A DNA stretch of 64,000 nt, from contig CP070758.1 of the NCBI GenBank assembly GCA_020348925.1, positions 3,735,688 through 3,799,687 of the forward strand. The letters are read 5' to 3'. Under the pieces are notes generated by a model. It saw only the letters and a program-made list of their open reading frames with translations, did not search any database and was not told the origin of the DNA. Below are positions 32,392-43,401 of the stretch, piece by piece. How positions within the stretch are numbered: the stretch's first letter is position 1; every line of letters starts with the position of its first letter. Both the position numbers and the translations under genes were made by a program. The DNA comes from Gemmatimonadota bacterium. Lineage in GTDB: Bacteria; JBHIER01; G020348925.

Positions 32392-33531
32392 ATGTTTCAT
32401 CGAGGCTCAAAAGAAGACGCTTCCATAAAGAGGAATACCATTAATACGCCTGACAGTGGATTTGGTCTTAACCTCCTGGATGGTGCGACGTCCGAAGTGC
32501 TGCGTCTGCCACCTGAGCTGGAGACACAGAAGAAAGTCGCCGCAGATGTGAACCGTCCTTTGGAAGAACGCATCGAGGCTTTCGAGGACATCATGGATTC
32601 CGAGGTGGGCGATACAACCATGTCACGGGCGCGCAATATTGAGCGGGAGGTGGGATTCCGACAAATCTATGTCAAGTTTGAGGGGGGAAATCCCACTGGT
32701 ACACAGAAGGATCGCATCTCCTTCGCCCAAGCCATGGATGCCATGCGGCGGGGATTCGACACCGTCACCACAGCAACGTGTGGTAATTATGGCGTTGCCG
32801 TGGCCCTGGCTGCTTCGTTGGCCGGCTTGAAGTGCATTATCTATATTCCGGAAACATATCATACCAAGCGTGTCAAAGAGATGACCGATTTTGGTGCGGA
32901 AATCGTACGGGTGCCGGGCGATTATGAACAGGCGGTGGTCGTCTCCAGAAAACGGGCCGAGCGGAATGAGATATACGATGCCAATCCCGGGGGGGCCAAT
33001 ACAATCCAGCAAATGAGGGCCTACGGTGAGATCGCCTATGAAATCTACGATGAACTCAGGGATGCTCCGGCCACGGTTGCTGTCCCGGTCTCCAACGGGA
33101 CGACACTGGCTGGAATTTTCAAGGGCTTTCAAAGCCTGTATCGTCGCGGAAGAATCTCCAGAATTCCCAAGATTATTGCCGGTTCCTCGTTCGGGAAAAA
33201 TCCCATCATTCAGGCCTTTTTGAAGAATTCGTCCCAGTGTGACGATCTCGATCCCCAGCACATTCACGAGACGGCCATAAATGAGCCATTGATCAACTGG
33301 CACTCCTTTGACGGAAATCATGCTCTGGAAGCCATCAGAGGATCCCGAGGTTGGGCGGCCTATGCCAGCGATAAGAACATGTTGCTCTACTCGAAGTTGA
33401 TTCGGGAGCGGGAAGGCTTGAGCGTGCTTCCTGCCTCCACGGCCGGCCTGATTGCTCTCCTGGATCATCACCAGAAGGAACCGCTCACCAGTGATCGCTA
33501 TGTGGTTATTCTTACAGGGAGAAAAACGTGA
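32392..33531 (+). CDS. PLP-dependent fold-type II enzyme (threonine-synthase-like)
   Basis: KFEG.NPTGTQKDR, TCGNYG, VPVSNGTTLAG, EGL...PAS. Confidence 0.9.
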   Translation: MFHRGSKEDASIKRNTINTPDSGFGLNLLDGATSEVLRLPPELETQKKVAADVNRPLEERIEAFEDIMDSEVGDTTMSRARNIEREVGFRQIYVKFEGGNPTGTQKDRISFAQAMDAMRRGFDTVTTATCGNYGVAVALAASLAGLKCIIYIPETYHTKRVKEMTDFGAEIVRVPGDYEQAVVVSRKRAERNEIYDANPGGANTIQQMRAYGEIAYEIYDELRDAPATVAVPVSNGTTLAGIFKGFQSLYRRGRISRIPKIIAGSSFGKNPIIQAFLKNSSQCDDLDPQHIHETAINEPLINWHSFDGNHALEAIRGSRGWAAYASDKNMLLYSKLIREREGLSVLPASTAGLIALLDHHQKEPLTSDRYVVILTGRKT

Positions 33532-34610
33532 GCACCTTTCCGGAAGGGTATGCCATTGTGTACTGCCATGGAGCTTTTGGGACCCCGAATGGTAAAACGG
33601 CCCACGGTTTGGTGAGAAGGACGTATCGATACAACGTTCTGTCCGTTATCGATTCCCGATATGCCGGTCAAGATGCCGGCTTCGTTTTAGATGGCATGAG
33701 TAAGAATGTGCCGATAGTTGAGGATGTCCAGACAGCAGTGGCTGCGTCGAGGTCGGGAACAACTCCGGCAACCCACTTCGTCATCGGACTGGCCCCGGAT
33801 GGCGGGCGGCTGAGTCCCGAGGCCAGGGACGATGTGAAGGAGGCGATAGGGCTTGGCCTGAACGTGGATTGTGGACTGCACGATTTTCTCTCCGAGGATC
33901 CTGAACTATCGGGCCTGGCGTCGGCCTGCGGCGTCCGGTTGCGCGACGTCCGCAAACCGCCGCCTCGAAGCGAGCTGCACTTTTTCAGCGGGAAAATTGA
34001 GCAGGTTGACTCGTTGAAGATCGCCATGTTAGGGACTGATTCCGCCGTGGGCAAACGGACGACGGCCTGGATCCTCGTAGAGGCCCTCAGGGCTGCCGGT
34101 CACACTGCCGAGATGATCGGCACGGGCCAGACGGCCTGGATGCAGGGGGTTCGATACGGCCTCATCCTGGATTCGCTCGTCAACGATTTCGTGGCCGGCG
34201 AGATCGAACATGCCGTCTGGTCGGCCTGGCGTGACGTCCACCCTGACGTCATTATGATCGAAGGACAGGGCAGCCTCATGAATCCGGCCTATCCCGGTGG
34301 TTACGAAATTCTGGCAGCCGGTCGCCCGGATGCGGTCATTCTCCAGCATGCGCCGGCGAGAAAGGAGTACGACGGATTTCCAGGGTATCAAATTCATCCT
34401 CTGCACAAGCAGATCGAAGCCATCGAGCTCGTTTCGGGGAAGCCGGTAATAGCGATTACGATCAATCACGAGAACCTCTCCAAGGAAGAGATCCCGGCTG
34501 TGTGTGAGAGGATACAGACAGAGACCGGATTGCCAACGTCCGATGTCCTGAAGTATGGAGCCGACGAGATTGTGTCCTCCATTCTTACCTATTTGAAAAA
34601 AGGATTGTAG
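33528..34610 (+). CDS. DUF1611 / DgcN-like P-loop protein (D-glutamate N-acetyltransferase-like)
   Basis: GKTAHGL.R, GLH.FL, GTDSAVGKRTT, GTGQT, DFVAG..E, IEGQGSL. Confidence 0.9.
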   Translation: MSTFPEGYAIVYCHGAFGTPNGKTAHGLVRRTYRYNVLSVIDSRYAGQDAGFVLDGMSKNVPIVEDVQTAVAASRSGTTPATHFVIGLAPDGGRLSPEARDDVKEAIGLGLNVDCGLHDFLSEDPELSGLASACGVRLRDVRKPPPRSELHFFSGKIEQVDSLKIAMLGTDSAVGKRTTAWILVEALRAAGHTAEMIGTGQTAWMQGVRYGLILDSLVNDFVAGEIEHAVWSAWRDVHPDVIMIEGQGSLMNPAYPGGYEILAAGRPDAVILQHAPARKEYDGFPGYQIHPLHKQIEAIELVSGKPVIAITINHENLSKEEIPAVCERIQTETGLPTSDVLKYGADEIVSSILTYLKKGL

Positions 34611-34615
34611 GACCT

Positions 34616-37036
34616 ATGCCTGAAACGAAAGGGAGAAGAACCATGCCCAAGGGTCGCCCACGAGAACGGACAGAAGACGATCCGTTAGGTGTTTTGAGTG
34701 TCATTCGACGTTTGGAGGTCGGTCCGGTCCGGCTTGAGAAAAAGCGCATCATTGCGCCCTACACGGTGATTCAGAATGGGGTGAGGGACGTCTATGATTT
34801 CGAATACCGCTTCGAAGAAACTGTGTTCGATCCAGGGGAGCCGGCCTCTCTCAATGTGGCCTCGGTGATGGCGGCCCAGGTGGCCCTCAACTACGGCCTG
34901 TTCTGTGATGAAATCGTCTTTCACGGATTGTTCGACCGACGGGATCGTCGGTTCATTCAGGAGATGGCGGATAATACGGCTCGCGAGATATACGTCAAGA
35001 AGTTTCTCGAACCCAATCCCTTTCTCCTCAAGGGGGCGGCAAAACTCCCCCCGCTGAAGCGGGAGAAGTACTTGCGGGCGGAGCTCATTTTTTCGAATGA
35101 TGAATTAAGATCCTCCTCCCGTGCTGATGATGTGATTCCAAAATTGGATGCCTGGACCATCCACCGGACTCGCCACGCCATACTCAGCAGCGGGGGGAAG
35201 GATAGCCTCTTGAGTTATGGCCTGTTGCGGGAGATGGGATGTGAGACGCACCCCATCTTTATCAATGAGTCCGGGCGCCACTGGTTCACCGCCTTGAACG
35301 CCTACCGACATTTCAAGAGCCACGTTCCGGAGACGGCCCGGGTGTGGACCAATTCGGACCGGGTATTCGCCTGGATGCTGCGACATTTTCCTTTCATACG
35401 CCAGGATTTTGCCCAACTCCGTTCAGACGAGTATCCCCTCCGGCTGTGGACGGTGGCCGTATTTTTGTTCGGTGCCCTGCCCCTCCTCAGAAAAAGGGGT
35501 ATCGGGAGACTCATTATTGGTGACGAATACGATACAACGCGAAGGCTGTCTCATAAAGGCATACCTCATTACGACGGTCTCTACGATCAAAGCATGTACT
35601 TTGACAATGCCCTGACCCGTTACTTCGGACGGAAGAATTGGGGTGTCACTCAATTCTCAATTGTGAGGTCGCTTTCTGAGATGTTGATCGAGAAAATATT
35701 GGCCGAGCGATACCCTGAACTCCAGCAGCATCAGGTCTCATGCCACGCCGCGCACAAAGAGGGGGAGAGAATACATCCCTGCGGTCGGTGCGAGAAGTGT
35801 CGGAGAATTGTAGGTATGCTAAAAGCCCTGGGGGCAGATCCGGGCCTGTGTGGATATTCAAAGAACCAGATAGAATACTGCCTCAAGAGCCTGACAGAAA
35901 AAGAGGTGCACCAGGAGGCGGCCGGGGCTCAGCATATGATGTCTCTGTTGGCCGAGAAAAACATTTTTCCGAAAGCCTTCGGGATTTCGAAAGGTTTCAA
36001 ACAACACCCCGAAATTTTGAAGCTCAGAATTGATCCGGAGCGGTCCCCAATAGAGGGTATACCTGTTGATCTTCGTCAACCTCTCTTTAACATTTTTCTC
36101 AAACACGCCGAAGGGGCCGTTCGGCGCAGCGGCCGTGTCTGGCTCGAATTTGATCCTCTCTCTGATCCGGCTCTTGTCGAGCCCTATCCTTTTGAGAATC
36201 CGAAAGGTGAAATGGGACCACCATCCTCCGATGGGCAACGTCGGGCGAGTCAAAAAAGTAAGCACATCTTGGCCGAACTGACCTGGCCGGAGGCAAAAGA
36301 GAGACTGAAGGAGGTCGACGTCGCCCTGTTGCCGGTTGGGTCCGTGGAACAGCATGGGCTTCACCTGCCTTTGGACACGGATGCCTTCGATGCCGACTAC
36401 CTGGCCCGTCGGGTTGCGGAGACATGCAGCGATCCCAAACCTCTGGTTCTGCCGCTGATTCCCTATGGCGTTTCGTATCATCACGAAGATTTTGTGGGTA
36501 CGATCAGTATCTCCAACGATACGCTGGGGCGTTTGGTCTACGATATCGGTGTGAACGCAGCCCGGCACGGTATCACGAAATTGGTCATTATTAACGGACA
36601 CGGTGGGAACACGCCGGCCCTCCAATTTGCCGCTCAGATGATTAATCGTGACGCGCATATCTTCACCTGTGTGGACTCCGGTGAGTCGAGTGATGCGGAC
36701 ATTGCTGCGATGATCGAAACACCGAACGATGTCCATGCCGGGGAAATCGAGACGAGTACCTCCCTGGCTACCCGGCCTCATCTGGTCGATGTGGAGAAAG
36801 CACGGAAGTTTGTTCCCCATTTCTCCAGCCGTTATCTCAATTTCAGCTCGAAGCGAAGCGTGGAATGGTATGCCAGGACGGCTAAAATATCCAAGGCCGG
36901 TGTGCTCGGGGATCCCAAAAAGGCGAGCCGCCAGAAGGGCGAACGCATATGGGACGTTATGATCAAGAATCTTGTTGAATTCGTGGAAGACTTGAAAAGC
37001 ATGACGCTGGATGAGATCTACGAGAAGAGGTATTGA
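34616..37036 (+). CDS. Fusion: PP-loop adenine-nucleotide alpha-hydrolase domain + creatininase-family amidohydrolase
   Basis: SSGGKDS and SCH...CGRCEKC in the N-terminal part; from about 36270 LPVGSVEQHG.HLP..TD, NGHGGN, HAGE.ETS. Confidence 0.88.
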   Translation: MPETKGRRTMPKGRPRERTEDDPLGVLSVIRRLEVGPVRLEKKRIIAPYTVIQNGVRDVYDFEYRFEETVFDPGEPASLNVASVMAAQVALNYGLFCDEIVFHGLFDRRDRRFIQEMADNTAREIYVKKFLEPNPFLLKGAAKLPPLKREKYLRAELIFSNDELRSSSRADDVIPKLDAWTIHRTRHAILSSGGKDSLLSYGLLREMGCETHPIFINESGRHWFTALNAYRHFKSHVPETARVWTNSDRVFAWMLRHFPFIRQDFAQLRSDEYPLRLWTVAVFLFGALPLLRKRGIGRLIIGDEYDTTRRLSHKGIPHYDGLYDQSMYFDNALTRYFGRKNWGVTQFSIVRSLSEMLIEKILAERYPELQQHQVSCHAAHKEGERIHPCGRCEKCRRIVGMLKALGADPGLCGYSKNQIEYCLKSLTEKEVHQEAAGAQHMMSLLAEKNIFPKAFGISKGFKQHPEILKLRIDPERSPIEGIPVDLRQPLFNIFLKHAEGAVRRSGRVWLEFDPLSDPALVEPYPFENPKGEMGPPSSDGQRRASQKSKHILAELTWPEAKERLKEVDVALLPVGSVEQHGLHLPLDTDAFDADYLARRVAETCSDPKPLVLPLIPYGVSYHHEDFVGTISISNDTLGRLVYDIGVNAARHGITKLVIINGHGGNTPALQFAAQMINRDAHIFTCVDSGESSDADIAAMIETPNDVHAGEIETSTSLATRPHLVDVEKARKFVPHFSSRYLNFSSKRSVEWYARTAKISKAGVLGDPKKASRQKGERIWDVMIKNLVEFVEDLKSMTLDEIYEKRY

Positions 37037-37051
37037 TGAGCAGGATGTGCT

Positions 37052-38125
37052 ATGAAGATCACCAAGGTTGAAGCATGGCCTGTCTCCATGCGACTGGAGG
37101 AGCCATACACCATCGCCTATGAGACCGTGGAGACGGCGACGAACGTTTTTTTGCGCATCGAGACCAACAGCAGTGTTGTCGGTTTCGGTTGTGCCGCCCC
37201 GGATGTGCATATCACCGGTGAAACAGCGGAAGGCGTGCTCCAAAATCTGAACGACAGTGTCAAGCAAAGTCTTTTGAATTCGGACCCCCTGCGGTCGGCC
37301 ATGCTCCTGGAGCGGCTGAAAGGTATTTTGAACAAACAGTATTCGACCCTTGCTGCCGTTGATATGGCGCTCTATGATGTCGTCGGGAAAACGGCCGGCC
37401 TGCCGGTTTGGAAACTATTGGGAGGATTTCGTGACAGAATCAAGACGAGTGTGACCATCGGCATTCTGTCTGAAAAGGAGACCGTGGAGAGAGCGAAGGA
37501 GTGGATTGCCCGTGGCTTCACAAGTCTCAAGCTCAAAGGGGGAAAGGACGTAGAGTCCGATACAGCGCGTGTTCTCAAGGTAAGAGAAGCGGTGGGCAAG
37601 GATGTGGAACTTCGTTTCGATGCCAATCAGGGGTACACGGTCGAGGACTCCCTCGCCTTTGTTGAGCGTACACGGGCCGCTCACCTGGAACTCATTGAGC
37701 AGCCGACACCCAAAGGTGAACCGGATCTCCTCGGCAGGGTAACCAGCAGCGTCCACATCCCTGTCATGGCGGATGAGAGTCTCATGACACTGCGTGACGC
37801 TTTTCGCCTGGCGCGCCGCGACCTTGTCGATATGGTCAACATCAAACTGATGAAGGTTGGAGGCATCTCTGAGGCGCTTCATATCAATGCAGTGGCAAAG
37901 GCAGCGAAATTGGAGGCCATGGTTGGCTGTATGGACGAAGCGGCCTTGGGCATCGCGGCCGGTCTTCATTTCGCCCTGGCGCGACCGAACGTCATGTATG
38001 CCGATCTCGACGGTCATATCGGTCTTGTGAACGATCCTTCCGAAGGTGCGGTCATGATTCGAAGCGGAACGCTTTTCCCGAACCCCAAACCGGGATTGGG
38101 ATGTGACTTGAAGGTGAATAATTAG
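37052..38125 (+). CDS. Dipeptide (L-Ala-D/L-Glu) epimerase-like enolase-superfamily protein (DgcA-like)
   Basis: KLK, DANQG, EQP, ADES, NIKLMKVGG, GCM.E, DLDG. Confidence 0.92.
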   Translation: MKITKVEAWPVSMRLEEPYTIAYETVETATNVFLRIETNSSVVGFGCAAPDVHITGETAEGVLQNLNDSVKQSLLNSDPLRSAMLLERLKGILNKQYSTLAAVDMALYDVVGKTAGLPVWKLLGGFRDRIKTSVTIGILSEKETVERAKEWIARGFTSLKLKGGKDVESDTARVLKVREAVGKDVELRFDANQGYTVEDSLAFVERTRAAHLELIEQPTPKGEPDLLGRVTSSVHIPVMADESLMTLRDAFRLARRDLVDMVNIKLMKVGGISEALHINAVAKAAKLEAMVGCMDEAALGIAAGLHFALARPNVMYADLDGHIGLVNDPSEGAVMIRSGTLFPNPKPGLGCDLKVNN

Positions 38126-38151
38126 TTCCAATTGAAAGTCGAAGCTCTTTT

Positions 38152-38892
38152 GTGAAAAATCCTAAGACACAACAAGGAAGACACATTACAGACTTTGACT
38201 TGCCTCCTGGATATGAGCTGGCTGGGAAGTATCAAATCATTTCCAAGCTCGGGTCGGGATGGGAGGGGGAAGTATACAAAATTCGGGAGATGAGGACCGG
38301 CATCGACAGGGCCGCCAAGCTCTTTTTCCCTCAAAGAAATATAGGCAATCGAACCGCGAAACGGTATGCGAAAAAATTGCATAAGTTGCGGCACTGCTCG
38401 ATTTTGATCCAGTACCACACCGAAGAGCTGATCCGGTATCGAAAGGTCCCGGTCACTGTCCTTGTCTCCGAATATGTTGAAGGGGAGTTGTTGTCCGATT
38501 TCCTGAAGAGACATCCGGGCCACAGGCTCCAGCCCTTCGAAGCGCTTCATCTCCTCCATTCTCTAACAAAAGGGATGGAAGAAATCCATCTTCATAACGA
38601 ATATCACGGCGATTTGCATCTGGATAATATTATTGTCAGGCGCTTCGGGCTTGCGTTCGATTTGAAGCTCATCGATCTTTTTCACTGGGAAGGATCGAAA
38701 AGTGAAAACAGGCAGACGGATATCTGTTTCTTGATACGTGTTTTCTACGACACCCTTGGTGGCGCACGCCACTATCAGAGACACCCGGAGGCCGTAAAGT
38801 ATATCTGCAGCGGTCTGAAACAGTCCATTATTCTGAAAAAATTTCGGACAATGACGCAGCTGCGGAAACATCTGGAAACAATGGAATGGTAA
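38152..38892 (+). CDS. Stand-alone Ser/Thr protein kinase-like protein
   Basis: LGSGWEGEVY, AAK, HGDLH..N, IDL; no TM segment. Confidence 0.85.
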   Translation: MKNPKTQQGRHITDFDLPPGYELAGKYQIISKLGSGWEGEVYKIREMRTGIDRAAKLFFPQRNIGNRTAKRYAKKLHKLRHCSILIQYHTEELIRYRKVPVTVLVSEYVEGELLSDFLKRHPGHRLQPFEALHLLHSLTKGMEEIHLHNEYHGDLHLDNIIVRRFGLAFDLKLIDLFHWEGSKSENRQTDICFLIRVFYDTLGGARHYQRHPEAVKYICSGLKQSIILKKFRTMTQLRKHLETMEW

Positions 38893-38968
38893 TTTTGTGC
38901 GGTGTCTCATTGAACGTTGAAATACGAAAGACGTGAGCTTTGTATTCATTGCGCAGGGAGGATTGAGA

Positions 38969-39490
38969 ATGGAGGCTGTATTAGGAGGATTGATGGTTTT
39001 TTGCATGCGGGCGTGTGATATGAGCCTGGGGACCGTGAGAATGATTTTCATTATTCAGGGTCGGCGCCTCTTCGCTTCGATAATAGGTTTTGTCGAGGTA
39101 ACCATTTTCGTCCTGGCCATCTCGAAAGTGATCCATAGTCTGACGGATGTCTGGCATATTTTGGGATATGCCGGAGGATTCGCCTTGGGGACGTACATTG
39201 GCATGTTCATCGAAGGAAAGCTGTCCATGGGATTTTCACTGGTCAGAGTCGTTTCCCGCTACACACCTGAGGATGTGGCAGGAATACTCTGGCAACATGG
39301 ATACGGTGCGACCATCATCGACGCGCGCGGCAAGGACGGACCGGTCAAGCTCATTCATACCTTGTGCCGGAGAAGAGAGGTGAAAAAGATCTTGACCCTG
39401 GTGAACATCATTGATCCGAAGGCCTTCATTACCATACAGGACGCACGATCGAGTATACACGGCTACTTGAATCCGGTGAAGAAACGGTGA
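38969..39490 (+). CDS. UPF0316 (DUF5698/DUF2179) membrane protein
   Basis: D.SLGT.R, GF.E, YAGGFALG.Y.G, G.G.T...A.G..G, DP.AF; GGAGG RBS. Confidence 0.88.
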   Translation: MEAVLGGLMVFCMRACDMSLGTVRMIFIIQGRRLFASIIGFVEVTIFVLAISKVIHSLTDVWHILGYAGGFALGTYIGMFIEGKLSMGFSLVRVVSRYTPEDVAGILWQHGYGATIIDARGKDGPVKLIHTLCRRREVKKILTLVNIIDPKAFITIQDARSSIHGYLNPVKKR

Positions 39491-39540
39491 TGATATATGT
39501 TGCCCGTATGGCAATGACGTGAAAGGAAAGGTGATACTGT

Positions 39541-39978
39541 ATGACGAAAGTATTAAATTACTTTGAGAGATACATCGTGCTTGTTCTCATGGTCATGATG
39601 ATGCTCGTCGTCCTGGTATTAACTGTTGAACTCGGTATCATCATTGGGAGGGAATTGATAAAACAGCCGAAATTACTTTTGAATTTCAAGGAGATTCTCG
39701 AAGTCTTCGGATTCTTCTTCATGATATTAATCGGATTGGAGCTCATTGATACGATTAAATCATATTTGACAGAAGAGCGGATGCATGTGGAGATTGTCTT
39801 CCTCGTTGCCATGATCGCCATTGCACGGAAGGTGATTATCCTTGATCTTAAAACACTCAGTGCATTAACATTATTGGGGATGGCAGCCATTATTTTGGCC
39901 CTTGCTGCCGGATACTTTTTCGTCAAGCTCGCTCATCGAGGCGTAAAGTTTGACGACGATGGAAGAAAACAGAAATGA
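39541..39978 (+). CDS. PsiE-like (phosphate-starvation-inducible E) membrane protein
   Basis: 4 TM segments; LIGLEL..TI..Y, A.IAIARKVII. Confidence 0.85.
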   Translation: MTKVLNYFERYIVLVLMVMMMLVVLVLTVELGIIIGRELIKQPKLLLNFKEILEVFGFFFMILIGLELIDTIKSYLTEERMHVEIVFLVAMIAIARKVIILDLKTLSALTLLGMAAIILALAAGYFFVKLAHRGVKFDDDGRKQK

Positions 39979-40016
39979 GTGTAATCCTTGGTTAACTGTT
40001 ACACCATGAGGTCTCT

Positions 40017-41177
40017 ATGAACACTTCGAATTCAAAAGCGTCTGAGAAGAAGCGCACTGTAGCTTATTTTTCAATGGAGATTGGCCTTGATTCAGCCATA
40101 CCGACATATAGTGGTGGATTGGGCGTATTGGCCGGGGATACGGTTCGGGCCGCAGCGGATCTTGGTGTGCCCATGGTGGGCGTGACACTGCTGTATCGAA
40201 AAGGATATTTCCGCCAACATCTGGATGGCGATGGAAACCAGTCGGAGAGCCCGTATGAGTGGAACCCAGAAAGTTTCCTGGTACCACTGAAGTCCCAAGC
40301 AACATGCACCATGAATGGACGCACCGTGCATATACGTGTGTGGAAGTATGAGGTGCAGGGTATCAACGGTCATGCGGTCCCTGTCTATTTCCTGGATACG
40401 GCGTTACAGGAAAATGATTCATGGGATCAGACATTGACGGACCACCTCTATGGCGGCGATGCTCATTATCGATTGTGCCAGGAGACACTTCTGGGAATAG
40501 GAGGTATGGCCATGTTGGCTGCCCTCGGATACGAGAACATCCAAGTATGCCACATGAACGAGGGACACTCGGCTCTTCTCGTGTTGGCGCTCTTGGAGGG
40601 CGAGGCGAAGGGACGAGGTCTACAACTCCCTTCGAAAACCGATATCGATGAAATTCGCAAGCACTGTGTGTTTACAACGCATACTCCTATTCCCGCAGGT
40701 CATGATAAGTTCTCAACGGATCTGGTCGAGCGCGTCCTTGGTGAGGAGCGAACGAGGGCCATAGAGACCCTGGGATGTCTTTTTGATAAGGAATTGAATA
40801 TGACCTATCTGGGAATGTTTTTTTCCCATTACATCAACGGCGTATCCATGCGTCACGAACAGATCTCACAGGATATGTTTCCCAACTATCCTTTAAATTC
40901 TATCACAAATGGTGTTCACGCAATAACGTGGACGTCGGCGCCCTTTTGTCAGTTGTATGATTCGCATATCCCAGAGTGGCGCCAGGATAATCGTTACTTA
41001 CGGTATGCAGTGAGCATACCCCTCGATGAAATCCAACATGCTCATGCTCAGGCAAAACGAGAATTGTTTCAGGAGGTTGAACAGAGAACAGGTCTCCGTC
41101 TGGACCATACGGTTATAACTTTGGGTTTTGCTCGACGCGCCACTCAGTATAAACAGGCACATCTCTTGTTTTCAAAC
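40017..41177 (+). CDS. glgP: Alpha-glucan/glycogen phosphorylase, N-terminal part (cut by the gap)
   Basis: AYFSME.G, YSGGLG.LAGD, HMNEGH, FTTHTP..AGHD, ITNGVH, GFARRAT.YK. Confidence 0.93.
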
Positions 41178-41277
41178 NNNNNNNNNNNNNNNNNNNNNNN
41201 NNNNNNNNNNNNNNNNNNNNNNNNNNNNNNNNNNNNNNNNNNNNNNNNNNNNNNNNNNNNNNNNNNNNNNNNNNNNN

Positions 41278-43307
41278 TAGATATCACGTTGGACGGGACC
41301 ACTTTTTATCCTTTATGCGGGCAGATGGGCGGAGTCAATGACGATCCTGAGATACCCCCGGTGGGTGGGTGGAGTCGGGTTGTACTGGATCTCACACAAT
41401 ACGCGGGGAACACCGTTCGCATTCGATTTCGATTTCAATCCGACAACGAGCATACGCAACCCGGGTCTTACATCGACGACGTCCACGTCTATACCAAGGA
41501 CGCAACCGGTTTCGTGCCGTCCTTTACAGGTGAGCCAAGGTGCGGACATGCTCCACTGGAGGTGTGTTTCACGGGCCAATCATTACGGGACATCGAAACC
41601 TGGCGATGGGATTTTGAGAATGACGGGACGATCGACTCCTACGAACAAAACCCGATCTGGACGTACGGAGAGCCTGGTACGTATACCGTGGGTTTAGAGG
41701 CTTTTGATGGCTCGGTTTCAGGAGTATCGAACCACGAAAACTACATTACTGTCTTCGACGGTGAAGCCGCCCTTCACTTTAACGGACACAGCGGTTACGT
41801 CCAGTGTCTACCGAATCCGAATATAAATCTGACAGATGGTGTGACGATAGAGACCTGGATAAAGCCACTGGGATGGGATCAATTTCAAAGAATCCATAAT
41901 GGAACTCTTATCGACAAAGGTGTTCTCTCTCTCCGCTTCATACAAAAAAGTCTCATCATGAATGATTCGAGTCTCGTATTTCAGATCGTTCATGAGGATG
42001 GGAGGGTGAGCTACTCAAATACACCCCAGAATTCGATGCATCTTGAGGAATGGCAACATATTGCTGCCACATACAAAAGCTCCGGTGGAGCCGAGGTCTT
42101 TATCAACGGCGAGAAGCAGCCGACCACCCGAAGAGTATATTCCTCCGGAAGTGTGGACGAGCATGAAATGATCATCGGGAATTCCGCAAACTATGGTTCA
42201 GCTTTTCATGGTGTCATCGATGAAGTGCGGCTGTGGGATATTGCCCGCACCTCAGACGATATCCGATCCCATATGGATTCATACCTGACCGGATATGAGC
42301 CCGGTTTGGTCGGCTACTGGCAGATGAATGAAGGGAGTGGAGGGACAATTGAAGACCGTTCCGGAAACGGTTGTAACGGGACCCTCGTCAATGTCTCCTG
42401 GAATCAAGGTATTCACCTGAGTCCCGCCTCAGAGGATATTGACGAGGACGGGATATTCAACGATGATGACAACTGTCCTCTGGAGTTCAATCCTGAGCAG
42501 AGGGATACCGATGGTGATGGTGTCGGAGATACATGTGACAACTGTCCGGAAGATGAAAATCACGACCAGGCGGATGGAGACAGCGATGGCATGGGCGATG
42601 TGTGCGATACATGCCTGGACACCGACGGCGACGGATACGGCAATCCCGAATATCCGCTGAATGAGTGTGAGGAGGACAATTGTCCGAACCTCTATAATCC
42701 TGAACAGGGCAGTATTGAAAGAGGTGATATCGATTGCCTGGGTGGGATCGATGTCTTGGATGTCCTCGCTGTCGTCAACCACATCTTGGGCAATTCATTC
42801 CTGATCGGGCATCCTCTGGACCGGGCCGACTGCAATGGTGATGCGAGTGTGAATATTCTCGATGCTTTGGGGATTGTCAATGCGGTTCTGGGCATTGGGG
42901 AGTGTGGACCGTCGATTTCGCAGTTCAAAATTACCCCTGAAGTGCTCCACTTTTGCCAGTCTCTGGAATCCTACCTTTCGCCGGATGATTTTACGGAATT
43001 CATGGGATTGGTGAAAAACGAAGCCCAGATTCCGACACAGTTCCATCTCTCTCAGAACTATCCCAATCCCTTCAATCCAACTACGGATATTCGATATCAG
43101 ATAGCGGATAGGAGACGTCCCATACACACTACCCTGAAAATTTATAACATTCTGGGGCAGGAGGTATCAACCCTGGTGGATGAGGTGAAGAAGCCCGGAT
43201 ACTATTCAGTAACCTGGGATGCATCGAATATGGCAAACGGCGTCTATTTCTATCGATTGATCGCAGGTAAGTACACGACCACAAAGCGAATGGTATTGAT
43301 GAAATAG
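41278..43307 (+). CDS. C-terminal part of a secreted modular protein: PKD, LamG-like, thrombospondin-3 repeats, dockerin, FlgD/T9SS-like C-terminal domain
   Basis: WRWDFENDG/NP..TY..PG.YTV; G.IDEVRLW; D.D.DG...DNCP repeats; GDIDC.G.IDVLD; QNYPNPFN...GVYFY. Confidence 0.85.
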
Positions 43308-43401
43308 TATCAAATACCTTCAAGTATAGAAACAGTAAAGAGAAGAACTGTATTCTCAAATATGGAATATCCCATGTACCTTTGAAGAAAGGAGGATTCC
43401 A

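Noticed and set aside
40017-43307. Apparent 1096-aa glycogen phosphorylase-LamG-dockerin fusion
   Set aside because: The ORF reads through a 100-N gap; the two halves are unrelated partial genes that are in frame by chance.
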